DNA of 63,645 nt, counting the filler, from Chiloscyllium plagiosum (taxonomy: Eukaryota), in the NCBI RefSeq assembly GCF_004010195.1. It is 4 parts of one record of this genome, joined end to end, with 100 filler letters (N's around TTAATTAATTAA, not from the genome) between each part and the next. Parts side by side here need not be neighbours in the genome. Positions count along the whole stretch, not along the records: positions 1 to 28,593 come from NC_057714.1; 3 more parts are not named here. One strand, given 5' to 3'. Every line of letters starts with the position of its first letter. Position 1 is the stretch's first letter. The notes below the pieces were generated by a model. It was not told where the DNA came from, did not search any database, and worked only from the letters and a program-made list of their open reading frames with translations. The position numbers and the translations under genes were made by a program. This document shows positions 1 through 11,909 of this stretch, in pieces.

Positions 1-500
1 GCTCTCTCTTTCGGTCTTTCCTGGCTACCTTGTAACCCTCAAGCACTGAGCCTTCACATCTCATCCTAACATAAGCCTTCTTATTCCTCTTGACCAGAGA
101 TTCCACTTCCTTCGTAAACCACGGCTCCCATGTTCTAGAACTGAGCCTTCACATCTCATCCTAACATAAGCCTTCTTATTCCTCTTGACCAGAGATTCCA
201 CTTTCTTCGTAAACCACGGCTCCCATGTTCTACAGCTTCCTCCCTGCCTGACAGGTACATACGTATCTAGGACATAGAGGAGCTTTTCCTTGAATAAGCT
301 CCACATTTCTAATGTGCCCATCCCCTGCAGTTTCCTTCCCCATCCTTTGCTTCCTAAATCTTGCCTAATCACATTGTAATTGCCTTTCCCCCAGCTGTAA
401 CTCTTGCCCAGTGGTATACACCTATCCCTTTCTATCACTAAAGTAAACATAACAGAATTCTGATAGCTATCACTAAAGTGCTCACCTACCTCCAAGTCTA
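1..500 (-). mobile_element. CR1 LINE ORF2 fragment (endonuclease-RT linker)
   Basis: ORF 61..495(-) reads VGEHFSDS..NSVMFTLVIERDR..W.KGNYNVIRQDL..W..MWSLFKEKLL..YVPVR..EPWFTK, typical CR1 ORF2; contains a 95-bp tandem duplication. Confidence 0.85.
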
Positions 501-1099
501 ACCACAGCTATGTTCCAAACCATAGCTATACAAACATTTAAATATCACACAACACCAGGTTATAGTCCAAAAGGTTTATTTGAAAGCACTAGCTTCCGCC
601 ACCTCCAAGTATGCAAACCGTGTTCACAAAGAGGATCAAGTTACTTGCTGTGAACCCTTGCAGCAATGTTTGCAATCCCTGGTTTTAAAATAGCTCCTCT
701 GTCATTTAAATCTGCAATTTTAAAAAAGGACACAAAAATAAAAAGACTCAGTAGATTCTGGTGGAGCAACGAGGTGAAAGGTGATCAGGGATAAGGTAGG
801 AATATGGATTTGATGTTCCAAGCAGGTCAACCGTGATCTTATTGAATGACGGAGCATTCAGAGGGGCTGAATGGCCTACTTCTGATTCATTTGTTTTTAC
901 TTTTGTATGTAACGTTTTGTCCTTTTAAAGAGACTGGTGTTGGATCTTGATGAGGAAGTCCGAGGAATTGGAAAGACTGTCAGTTGGAAACCTGTTACTA
1001 CTCCAGACTCTCTGGACTCATTCGAAAGTCAGGAGCAGAGAGGGATTGCGGTCCATGCACAAAGGGAAAGGGAGGAAGGTTTTTAAAAAGAAAACCATT

Positions 1100-1900
1100 C
1101 CCAGTAAAAGTCTTCACAGACCACTATCTCACCTGAAGTTAAGAGCAGTGTCTGAAGTGCCAAGGCACCAAGGAAGTGGTGACTGAACTGTACCACATCC
1201 TGTAATCCAACCTGTAACCATACAGCGTAGCGTTATCCAGCAAGCTCAACGTCAATTTCTATACTAGCGGATCCTTCCTGGGGTGACAGAAGGTGACATC
1301 AACAATAGCTCCCAGCTCCCTGCCCATTCTGCATCAGCAATGTGCTGGAGGCCCTGGATGGAAGAAAAGGAGTGTTTATCATCTTCTCACTGAACAGACA
1401 GAGTCAGAGGAAAAAGAAGCGGGCAGGATTCAGAATGGTACAGGGTATAATTGATGGTGCATTTGCTTCTTGTTACTATGGAAATCTTCCTTTAACAGCG
1501 AAGGTAACCATTCTGTAATGTTTGCTTGATGTGCAGCTATGACCACAAGCTCCTCTCAGTAACTGTCTGTTGACCTGACAGCAGCCATGGTCCACACATC
1601 TGCAGCACTCAGCTATAGCTGCCATCTATGGCTTGTCTCAAAGAACCGGAGACTAGTTGGAGGTTTATAAAACCCACAATAGATATGGCTATTGACCCTC
1701 TCCAGCACACCAATCGTGTGAGGACAACACACTGAGAGCCATGCATCTATTGTAGCAAAATCGCACGGCTTCCTAAAGCAACAGTTCCACCATGCGGACC
1801 ACACATGGTGATCCCTCCAATACTCATAACCCCATTTTCAAGTTGCTTGTCGTCTCCTATACACTGCGTATGATCTCATTATTATTAGGACACAGCGTTT
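1100..1900 (+). pseudogene. Decayed PIF/Harbinger (HARBI1-like) DDE transposase
   Basis: Manual translation across frameshifts gives motifs in HARBI1 order: EQCLK..TKEVVTELYHIL, NFYTSGSF, AGFRMVQGIIDG, FNSEGNHSV, ESHAS...GFLKQQFHHADH..SLQYS; many stops. Confidence 0.75.
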
Positions 1901-3814
1901 GTCAATAGGTATTCATTCAGAGGCCAAGAGGAGCAGGAATATGTTGTGTGGAGTTAGCTGCTACTTTAATGTTGGAAAGGATTAGCTTGAAGATCTGAAT
2001 AAAACACTGTGTAAAGTTGAAGTTGGTCTCTTTGAAGATAATGATGACCAGTCTCCTGGTAAGCCTGCCAAGATGTTGAGTAACACTGAGTGTACATCAT
2101 CAGCAATTTACTGTCCTTTGCATGATAGAATTGTTCCATAAAATGGACTGAGATGACAACATCAATATTTGCTTGATTTCAGAAGAAGTGATGTAACAGA
2201 AACAGGTGAAATTGCGAAGGAAACTGTCAGGGGAGATGCCCGGCCAGAAAGGGGATGTTTAGTTGGCTTGTTCCAGCTTCTCCTCCTCATCTGCCAGTCC
2301 TTCTGCTCCTCATCATTTTGTTCTAAGGGTTGTACCCTCAGAGTGGTAAGTTTGTGCAGAATTCAGTGGACTTGCACAGGTCTAGTGCTGCCTCCAGTAT
2401 CCAGGCAGCTGAAGACATGTCTAGATTGCAGTTTCCACACTGCAAGTAATCTAGACAATCTAGACATGTTTTTGTATCTTCGTGGTGCACTTCCTCACAT
2501 GGTCAACTCTGTCACATTGTGTGACATTCAGCGTGTGCACACTGTCTGTGTGTGGGCCCCACAGCCCTGGGAAATCCAATTGGCCACAATCATATTCAGC
2601 CCTGCACTGCAGGAGCCTGATGGTCAGTCCCACCTCCCAAACATGATAAGCAGCCCAACAGTGTGTGAATGGTGACAGATACAAACTCAGTGAGTCAGCA
2701 TTTCATTTTACCAGCTTTCATTTTTAACAGCTCAATTCCTTCCTGCCATTAACTATGAGTTAATCTCAACCCCATTATTTGTCAGCAGGGTCAGTAAAGA
2801 GTCAATTTTAGCAGCTGCCACTGAGCTGAAGCCGTGCAATTACTCATGCTGGGAAGTGTCTCATTTGGACTAAAATTCTGTGGGGAACACACTTCGACTA
2901 CAGTCAAGGCCTTGGGCAGAAGCAATTGAACAGGCCTTGGCTGTAACAATTAAAACTGGGGTTGATATTTCATTCATTCTTTATCCAGAGAGATGCTTTC
3001 TGATGGGGCATTGGAAGACTGTCACTTACAAAATGTTTAAGTCTAAAGGTGATATGTTGCTCTGTGCAGTAAATGAGCACAGTCCTCTGCAGCAACCTGT
3101 ATGTGGAATCTGCTGAGGAAGACTGATCACGTGGAATAAGAAACAGCCAGGTTAAGGCATACCTACCAATTCAGAAGCTGTTACTGCGTGGTGAGAAGAG
3201 ATTTCAAGTGATTTCTTAAGTAGTTCAACCTAATGTAAGTGCCTTAATACCTAGTTGCCATTGGATACAGGCCATACTAAGTGCTTCTGAAATTCTTTTT
3301 ATTTGTTCTCCATGGATTTGAGCTGTGTCATTACCATTAGTCAGCCTAGTCTCCAAAGGATCCAATTTGTCTCTTTCACATCACCAGTCACAAGTTTATT
3401 TTTAATATCAGTGCAGAAGGACATTGCTCATAATGCACTTGTTCAGGCAAAACCAGTGACAGAACCAAGACTGATGTGCAAAAGGCAATGGCTGGTGATA
3501 CAGGCTTCAAAAAGTGATCTGAGAAGCAGAGAATGGTGGCAATTGAATTGTGCAGGAGGTGCATGTGGAAGAGAAGGACAGGGATGTAGAGGAAGAGAAG
3601 GGTGTTGGATTGGGCAGAAGGATATGTGAAGTACCAGTGACAGTCCTCTCCTCACATGGCATTTCCACAGTGTTGATACGGAGATTGTCAAATCTCCCCC
3701 CAGTACTTCTTCCACTTCTGACCCCCTCTGACTCTAGGCATGACACTCATGACTCCTGTCTCAAAGGCAAATATTGAGCTGAGTCTGCCACTTTAACACC
3801 CCCCCCCCCGCCCT

Positions 3815-3960
3815 GTTCCCTGTCTCAGGCTGGCTGCAGTGCTCCAGTGAAGCTCAGCAGAAGTGGAAGAACAGTACCTCATTTTCCACTTGGGATCTCT
3901 ACAGCCTTCTGCAATCAGTATTGAGTTCAACAATATTAGGGCTTGAGGCACTTTCTCCCA
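3815..3960 (+). mobile_element. Penelope-like element fragment (C-terminus after GIY-YIG)
   Basis: Translates EEQYLIFHLGSLQPSAISIEFNN, matching EEQHLIFHLGTQQPGELNIEFSN at about 22360-22435. Confidence 0.7.
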
Positions 3961-4349
3961 TGTCCTTACCCCAAACACCTATTCAATTATTCTCTTTATA
4001 ATTGTAATTGTCATTGCTTCTGACCTAAATTCTAGTTACATATTTGTAATTGTTTGAAAACTATTAATCTAAGCAGTGCTAATGTTGTGACAACTTTCAA
4101 AGTTAAAAAATGTCTAATTACCTTTTATCTTGATTTTAAGGTTTAGCACCATATATCACAATATGTTATGTAATGTTGGCAATAACAGCTTCAAAATTGA
4201 ATAATAAATTTGCACAAAGTTTTTGCTAAGACAATAAAGCCTTTTTGTGGGTTTTTTTTCCTAAGGAGGGAGAGGGCTGGTCCGTTTCGTGCTTCAAAGA
4301 GCTGCGTTATCAGCACCTCCCTGGTTGCCGGGCTGGATGCTCATTAAGC

Positions 4350-4562
4350 TAAAACAAACAACTGCCAGTGCTGAAGGTCTGAAACAAAAACACAAACTGC
4401 TGAAAAGTTTTGCATTATCTTCAGAGAAAATGCAGTTTTAAAATGTTAGCTACAGTGACCTGGGTTCTGAAGAAGAGTCACTGGACTCAAAATGCTAACT
4501 CTGTTCCTCTCTCCACGGATACTGGCCAGACCTGCTGAGTTTCTCTGCCATTTCTGACTTTG
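4350..4562. mobile_element. Fold-back Penelope-derived mini-element with degenerate hammerhead
   Basis: Partially inverted arms; CTGAAGA-A-GAGTC-ACTG-GACTC-AAAA at 4467-4492; same family as 7702-7911 and 57185-57360. Confidence 0.6.
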
Positions 4563-4710
4563 TCTGGGATCCTCAATCTTGCCCATTTCCACAGGAATCT
4601 AGTCTGCTGGAGGTTAATTCAGTATGTCCCACTGAGCAAAATCATATAGTGAAAATCAGAACACCAGATTGTCTCTGCTTTAAAAAGCAAGTAATGGAAA
4701 GCTCCCAAAT

Positions 4711-5025
4711 GGGCGGCATGGTGGGCGGCACGGTGGCACAGTGGTTAGCACTGCTGCCTCACAGCGCCAGAGACCCGGGTTCAATTCCCGACTCAGGCAA
4801 CTGACTGTGTGGAATTTACACATTCTCCCCATGTCTGCGTGGGTTTCCTCCGGGTGCTCCAGTTTCCTCCCACAATCCAAAGATGTGCAGGTCAAGTGAA
4901 TTGGCCATGATCAATTGCCCGTAGTGTTAGGTAAAGGAGTAAATGTAGAGTAATAAGTGGTTGCGCTTCGGCGGGTCGGTGTGGACTTGTTGGGCCGAAG
5001 GGCCTGTTTCCACACTGTAAGTAAT
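4711..5025 (+). mobile_element. tRNA-derived V-domain SINE (HE1-like)
   Basis: A box GGTGGCACAGTGG, B box GGTTCAATTCC, V-domain GTCTGCGTGGGTTTCCTCCGGGTGCTCC..TTTCCTCCCAC, CR1-type tail GGGCCGAAGGGCCTGTTTCCACACTGT; CAAAT on both flanks. Confidence 0.9.
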
Positions 5026-6277
5026 CAAATCCTGTCCACATGCCCAGAAGAGTGGTTCCAGAAGCTGGTTGTCCTCTCTACCGTTTGACACAGGACACAC
5101 GTGCATGATTTCATGGCTCCCTGTGCTGCAATGTTGGTCCTCTGATGAATTATCAGCAGGACAGCTTTCACAGGTAAGTCTCATCTCTTAAGGCATTCAG
5201 ATACTTGAAGTCTGCAGTTGTATGTTCTTATGCATCGACAGTCCATGACAAAGTAGTATCATTTTTAATGAGTGAAATTAGTAGCAAACTTTAAACAGCA
5301 CACTGAGGAATTCTCAATAGCAGTAACAATAATTCCCAATTCAAAGCATGAAGAAGAGAGAAGAATTTTAATGCAACATCCTCCCTCGTTATGCAAAGTG
5401 AAGCAATGAAACTGATTTAAGTATGTGATTCTAAATATAGTTAGTCATCGCATCAGCCAAATTTGACAACTATTGAGGCAGCAAGAGCCAATTACAAACC
5501 AGCAAAGTTCTAAAACTGTATATAGCAGCTTTTGTCTCATCGCCCTAAGCTTTTACACAATGATTCAGGACTCACTTTATATTACTGAAGAAAACACCCA
5601 GGCAGAGTTAATTGCTTTTCAACCACTGTCAAGCACAAACTGTACAGAATGTATACTGCATGCCTCAGAAGATGTTGGCCCAAACATGCTCCTCAGACTG
5701 CCAGAGCCATTCCTGCACGAGGACGTGGTTAACTAAGTAATGTGCTCAATGAATTACAATGTCAGTGTGATTATCAAAAGAGATTCCTCAGGGAATGGGG
5801 ATATAGAACAGAGGATGGGTAAAGCAGTTCACAATCACATTAAGAAGCCTGATGTACACTTGTCTTCCTCACTCCATGTTATTTTTCATTATATTTTTGG
5901 CTACAGCCTCCAGCTATGCCTCATAAAGTAATTGTTTTTTCCACTGTAAAGCAAGTAAACTTGAAGAGTGGGCACAATGCAAAATGAACTCTTCAGGATA
6001 TGCTATTAAACAAAGGCGAAACCTTTTGTCGGTATATTCAAGGATGCTGTGACACAGTAGGACTGTGGCCTATCTATGAGCCAGAAGGCCTGAGTTCAAG
6101 CCTTATCTTCTCCAGAGGTGTGTATCAGCAACTCCAAATAGGAAAAATAACTATTCACGGGACTTAATGGCTCTCTCTACAGCATCCAAACTAATGTAAA
6201 ATTAAATGAGCCTCCAGTGTTGTTCAGATAGAAGAGATTTGTCTTATTATGACCTCTGAGTTCCACTATCCATCTGG

Positions 6278-6457
6278 CAAACATAGAACATAGAACATTA
6301 CAGCACAGTACAGGCCCTTCGGCCCTTGATGTTGCACTGACCCGTGGAACTAATCGTAAACCCATCTAACCTACACTATTTCATTTTCATCCATATATCT
6401 ATCCAATGACTATTTAAATGCCCTTAAAGTTGGTGAGTCTACTACTGTTGCAGGCAG
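6278..6457 (-). mobile_element. CR1 3' end
   Basis: (CATAGAA)n tail and ACAGGCCCTTCGGCCC terminal hairpin. Confidence 0.75.
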
Positions 6458-6639
6458 TCACAAGAATATCTATTTACATCCTCATGTAATGTTGAGGCCA
6501 TGAAATAAAGGGTCAATGACAGACTGATCAACACACTCTCAGATGGTGAGACCTTATTCAGCATTGTTTTGCATACCATGAATTATTCAATAACTACAAA
6601 GCGCAATACATTAAGTCCAAACTTCAAGATTAAGTCAGT

Positions 6640-8060
6640 GACACATGGGAAAACTCATACTTCCTGTTTGCTGACAGCTTAAAGATGATGTGCACCAAGT
6701 TGTTGAACCTGAAGTGAGGTTTTGCTCTTGTATCATTTCAGCAGTAGAGAGGAAGTTACCAGGGGAAGATAACAGAGAGGATCACACCAATGGGATGCAT
6801 AGTGTGGTTCCTGGTTATCTGCTAACTGTGTGCAAACTGGATGCCATAATACAGCAATTGGAATCTGTCCTACAGGCCAAAGACTAACCCTAGTCAGATC
6901 ATTGCTTGCAGTATATGGCACACATTAGGAAAGAGCTAAGACTGCAATCTTTGAACCTGATGTTACAGTATTCTCCATAATTAACCAGCCAGTATTTGCA
7001 AACCTCAGAACACACCGTGTCCAATGCCAGGTGTGATTCAGTGATTGGATAGCAATTGCTAAATAATCTTACTTTTGCCAAGGGCTAATCTAAAACCAAT
7101 TTAACATGACCAGTAGGGCTCAGTGTGGATCACTTAAGCATGCTAGAAGGCACATACATAGGGGCTCTGTCCTTTACAAACTGATAGAACATATCCACAT
7201 ATGGTACCACTCTCAGCTGAACAAAACTGGTGGGGTTAACCATTCCCTTGTGCTTTCCCCATGGCAAATCAGAATCAAATTGCCTGGCATGAATTTAATT
7301 GTCTTTTTTGTGCATTTTTCATGGGAAAACCTCATTCAATCAGAGTCCATTTGCCAACCAGTCATGAACCTCTTTCCTTTCAGGATAATTTGTTCTTCCC
7401 TTTCAGATTTGACATTCTTGTGATTTTGTGCAGATGAGGATGAAATGAAAAGCTTCAACATCATGTCCCTTTAGTTATTATGTTTCATATTAGGTAAATC
7501 TTCATGATGTTACAGTACCCCAGCACCCTGAACAGCAATATGTGATCCTGATGGCAACATGTACCTCACCTCTATCCTACTGCTCCTCCTCCTCCATATT
7601 CTTTCTCACCCAAAGGTGAGCAATGAGGCAATTTATGCTCCTCCACCTACAAACTTCTTCCCTGGGAATTCCTCTCGCGCGCACATTCTGATCTGACCAC
7701 ATAAAAACCAAAAGAACTGAGGATCCTGTAAAACAGAAATTGCTGAAAAAGCTCAGCAGGTCTAGCAGCATCTGTGGAGAGAAACCAATTAACATTTCAA
7801 GTCCAGAACGATTATGAGGAAGGGTCACTGGACCAGAACCATTAACTCTAATTTCTTTCCACAGATGCCGCCAAAACTGCTGAGCTTTTGCAGCAATTTC
7901 TGTTTTTATGTTTCTGATCTGATCACAGTTCATCGTTACCATGGTGAGTCTCCGCAAAACATTCAAAACAGCAGCCAATCTGATCTCATCGGTTTGGAAT
8001 CCTCCAGGGAAAAAAAGTTGTTCCACACATGAATAATCAGCCAGACATTTCCACAAGAAA
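6640..8060 (-). pseudogene. Possible second decayed PIF/Harbinger transposase, interrupted by a fold-back mini-element
   Basis: Minus-strand remnants GSHIAV (about 7530-7550) and ILAG*LWRIL (about 6965-7000) resemble Harbinger DG.HI and FGIL..RWRIL motifs; highly degenerate. Confidence 0.4.
7702..7911. mobile_element. Fold-back (palindromic) Penelope-derived mini-element
   Basis: Inverted arms 7730-7784 / 7852-7906; central decayed hammerhead; 16-bp TSD TTCTGATCTGA(C/T)CACA at 7686-7701 and 7912-7927. Confidence 0.8.
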
Positions 8061-8134
8061 TTGAGACAGTAGATTTAAGTGAAATTTCCTTCCGATGGGA
8101 CAATATTAAGTTTAAACTCCTGCCTATGTAAGAC

Positions 8135-8560
8135 ACTGAGCAGACTTGACTGAGTGGGTATGGAAAGGATGTTTCCTTTGTGGGTGCACCTAAAACTGAG
8201 ATTCATAATTCAATAATAAGAGCCCACCTATTTAAGACAGAGATGAGGAAACATTTTTTTCTCTCAGAGAATTGTGAGTCCAGAAGGCAGTGGATGCAGA
8301 ATATTTAAATAGTTTAAAAGCAGAACTAGATAGATTATCAAAGGGATGAAAGATTATGAAGGATATGGTCCTGATGAAGGGTTTTTGCCCAAAACGTCGA
8401 TTTTCCTGCTCCTCGGATGCTGCCTGACCTGCTGTGCTTTTCCAGCACCACTCTAATCTTAATTCTGGTTAAAATCAGATCTGCCTGCTCTTATGAATAG
8501 CAGAGCATGCTCAAAGGACCAAGTAATCTACTTCTGTTTTAAGTTTGTATTCTATGTTTC
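8135..8560 (+). mobile_element. CR1 3' fragment carrying a ~100-bp Penelope-end insertion (8370-8467)
   Basis: CR1 3' motifs (TTTAAGACAGAGATGAGGAAAC.., TTCTATGTT tail); insert starts at CTGATGAAGGG (8371). Confidence 0.75.
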
Positions 8561-9081
8561 TCTTGCCAGGTAATCCATCCTGCCCAAATACAATTTGGAG
8601 CCAAGATAAACAGTACCTAAGAATACTTCATTAATGTCTCCTAAATACATTCCTTTCCCACATATTACACACCCTCATTCAATTAGAAAATCCCCAAATT
8701 CACTGAGTAAGTTTCTCATCAAATTTACCCACATTAAACTCAATGTGGTCATAATGAAGCACTCATGCTTTAAATATCATTATTTTACACCCCACCCAAC
8801 ACTGAACTTTCAAACGTGTTTTGAGAGAGACTGCTAAGACCTGTACCAGCTCCTTAGTCCTTGTTTATATCCTTCAAAGAACAACAACCTTGCAACCAAA
8901 GTATTTCTCAAATTTCTACTTCTAGCTAATAGTTGTTGCTAAGGCCTTAAAGAATTGTTGAAGAGTTCTTTATAGGATGTATCCAATGTCAGTAGTACCT
9001 CAGTGTCCAATTTCTGTTAGGGGATGCACAACAGGTACTGGGATCTTTACTTACTGACCTAAACAAACTCTGTATATTTAT

Positions 9082-9418
9082 TTTATGGGGTAAAGGTATC
9101 ACTGGCTGGGCCAGCATTTATTGCCCATCCCTAATTGCCCAGAGGGCAGTTAACAGTCAACCATATTGCTTTGCATCTAGAGTCACATGTAGTCAAGACC
9201 AGATAAGGATGGCAGCTTCCTTCCCTAAAGGACATTAAGTGAACCACATGGGTATTTCTCACCAATTGATTCATGGATCCATAGTCGCCAGTAGACTTTT
9301 AATTCCAGATACTAATTAAATTCACATTCTACCATTTGCTGTGGTGGGATTTGAACCTGGGTCCCAGAACATTACCTAGGGACAGTCCAGTGATAATTTG
9401 ACTGGGCCATTGCCACCT
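9082..9418 (-). mobile_element. tRNA-type SINE, second family
   Basis: GGTTCAAATCCC B box on the minus strand; core TTCCCTAAAGGACATT; tail GCCAGCATTTATTGCCCATCCCTAATTGCCC; further copies at 31875, 34441, 50850 and 62540. Confidence 0.8.
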
Positions 9419-9816
9419 TCTCCTTCATCCATTCATTGGATGCTAGGAATTCTGAAAAATTGGGTTGACTGAATTCTGGGTCAGACATTTTCTGGGCACC
9501 ATGTGGTGTAGGACATTCAATTAAACCAGTTCCAATATCTACACTATATGTTTGCATATTGTACTCATAGGTTAAAAATTTCTTTCAGGATTTATTAAAT
9601 ACAAAACTATTGCCTTAATGGTGTGGGGAAGGTGGTGGTGTCAAACCAAAATATATTCACAAAACCTTTAATTTTAAAAATGATTTCCATCAAGTCTTGC
9701 TCTGTGTAATCCAAGATCTCTTTGCCCAACCTGTGTTGTTCCTAAACCTAATTTTGGTTTTATAACCCAAGCAAGTTGCAGGTAAATGTTTTGTGCAACA
9801 TGCCTCTATTCATAGC

Positions 9817-9911
9817 TGAAAATGTGTTGCTGGAAAAGTGCAGCAGGTCAGGCAGCATCCAAGGAGCAGGAGAATTGACGTTTTGGGCATGAGCCCTTCT
9901 TCAGGAGCTCA
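9817..9911 (-). mobile_element. 95-bp Penelope-end mini-insertion with hammerhead remnant
   Basis: 12-bp TSD TCTATTCATAGC at 9805-9816 and 9912-9923; minus strand CTGAAGA-A-GGGC-TCAT-GCCC-AAAAC-GTC. Confidence 0.85.
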
Positions 9912-10169
9912 TCTATTCATAGCCGGCATGGTTATACATTGTTTGAAAATTCTTTGGTATATGGCAACACACTTCTGTAAAATGCTGTCTGGGTGTCTAT
10001 AGCAAATGAAGTTTCTGTATGGGAACAGTGATCAATAACATAGCACTGCTTGGAGCTAAGCAACATTGGAGTGGAAAGCAATACATGACATAAGAGATCA
10101 AGGAAACTCAGATATTGCTGGTTTTGCAAACTTCAATGCTTTTTATCCATCTCATCATCAGAACCCTGC

Positions 10170-11900
10170 ACACCACTGGTAATCAGAAATTGATCAATCT
10201 CTACATTGAACATACTCAAGGACTGGGCTTCCACAGTAGAGAATTCCAAACCTACTGAATAAAATAATTTATCCTTATCTCGGACCTCCGTGGCACCCAC
10301 TTATTTTTAAATTGTGTCCTCTAGTTTTAACTTCACCATCGAGGGGAAATATTTTAGCTGTATCTACCCTGTCTATCCCTTTAAGTACTTCGTTTGTATC
10401 AATCTTTAAAATGCTAGAGATTACAGGCCCAGTCTGTCCATTCTTTTCTCATAGGACAATCCCACCATCCACGAAATGAATTTTCACTGCACTCCCTCTA
10501 TGGAAATGATATCTTTCCTGAGATAAGGAACCAAAACTGCACACAGTACTCCTGGTGCAGTCTAACCAAGTTGCTGCACAATTGAATCAAGACTTCACTA
10601 CACCTGCACACAACTCCCCTACTGATAACGTCCAGCATTCCAAGGGCCTTGCTAATAGTTTGTTACACCTGCACATCAGCTATCAGTGATTTATTGACAA
10701 GAATACTTGGTTCTCTTTGTATATGTGCACTTCCCAACTTCTTACCATTTAAGGAATACTCTGCATATTTGTTCTTCTTATCAAATTAATCCATGCCAGT
10801 TCATTACCTCCTTTTCCACGCACTTTAATATTTCTCAGCCTTCTGAAAATATGAATTGCACTACATCCATCATCTCTCATTTTGTTTTGTTAGTGATATC
10901 TGCAAAATAAATTCCAAGTTCACCAAATGTGATTTTCCATTCACAAATCCATGTAGATTATGCCCAATCAAATGATTTTTGTTCTACTATCTGTCTATCA
11001 CATTTTTGGTAACAGATTTCCTACTGCTGATGTACAGTCAACAGGTCTGCAGTTCCTTCTCGATTGCACGTGTAATAGTTTCCTCCTCATGCCCATAAGA
11101 TTCAGATATTAACATGAGTGAAGGCTCCTGCACAGTTTTAAATGGATCAAAACCACACCAGCCATTATAAATAATGTTGAGTGGAGTTGTCCTTCAGTTC
11201 AACGTTCAAGGCAGTACAGGGTCTGGTCAGGATGTCAGTGTTATGAGTGGCTGGAGCCTGTTTATCTTTTATACTGCAGTGAGTGTTTCATTTTTATCTC
11301 ATAGTCCTGAACTGCATGTTCACACAACTATTTTTTTCAATTGTTTTTCATTTATACTTAGGTATTAGAGCTATGTGCGAATATCTGCAGACAGAGTTTA
11401 AGCCTTTCACATTTCTACAGCGTATTTTCAGTAATGGACAGAATCTCACAACTGCAATGGCGCAGAAAGGGACCATTCAGCCCATTGTGTTTGTGCCAGC
11501 TCTTGAATGTTACAATCCAGTGCCAATCTCCTCCTTTATCCCACTAAGCCTGAATATTGTTTCTATTTAAATAATCATCTAATAGCCTCTTGAATGCTTC
11601 AATTGAAACTGCCTCCGTTGCACTTCCAAGCAGTGCACCGAAACACTCATTGTGTGAAAATGTTTTCTCACCTCACATTTGTTTCTTTTCCAAAGCATTT
11701 TAAAACTATGCCCATTGTTTTCAATCTTTTACAAACAAGAACAATTTCTACTTATTTACTCTGTCTAGACTCTTCATGATAGCTTCTATAAAATCACCCC
11801 CTTAGTCTTCCTTGCCCAAGGAAAACAGTCCCGACTTCTGCAATCCAGCCTTATAACTGACGCTTCCACTCAATAGAACCATAAAAACGTAACTGCACAA
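10170..11900 (-). mobile_element. Old CR1 fragments
   Basis: Antisense CR1 RT C-terminal motifs (CCAAAACTGCACACAGTACTCC, TCTACCCTGTC) in two pieces, about 10170-11060 and 11435-11900. Confidence 0.65.
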
Positions 11901-11909
11901 GGATGAATG

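Noticed and set aside
4723..4795. tRNA-like A and B boxes
   Set aside because: Head of a SINE, continuous with the V-domain and LINE tail; not a tRNA gene
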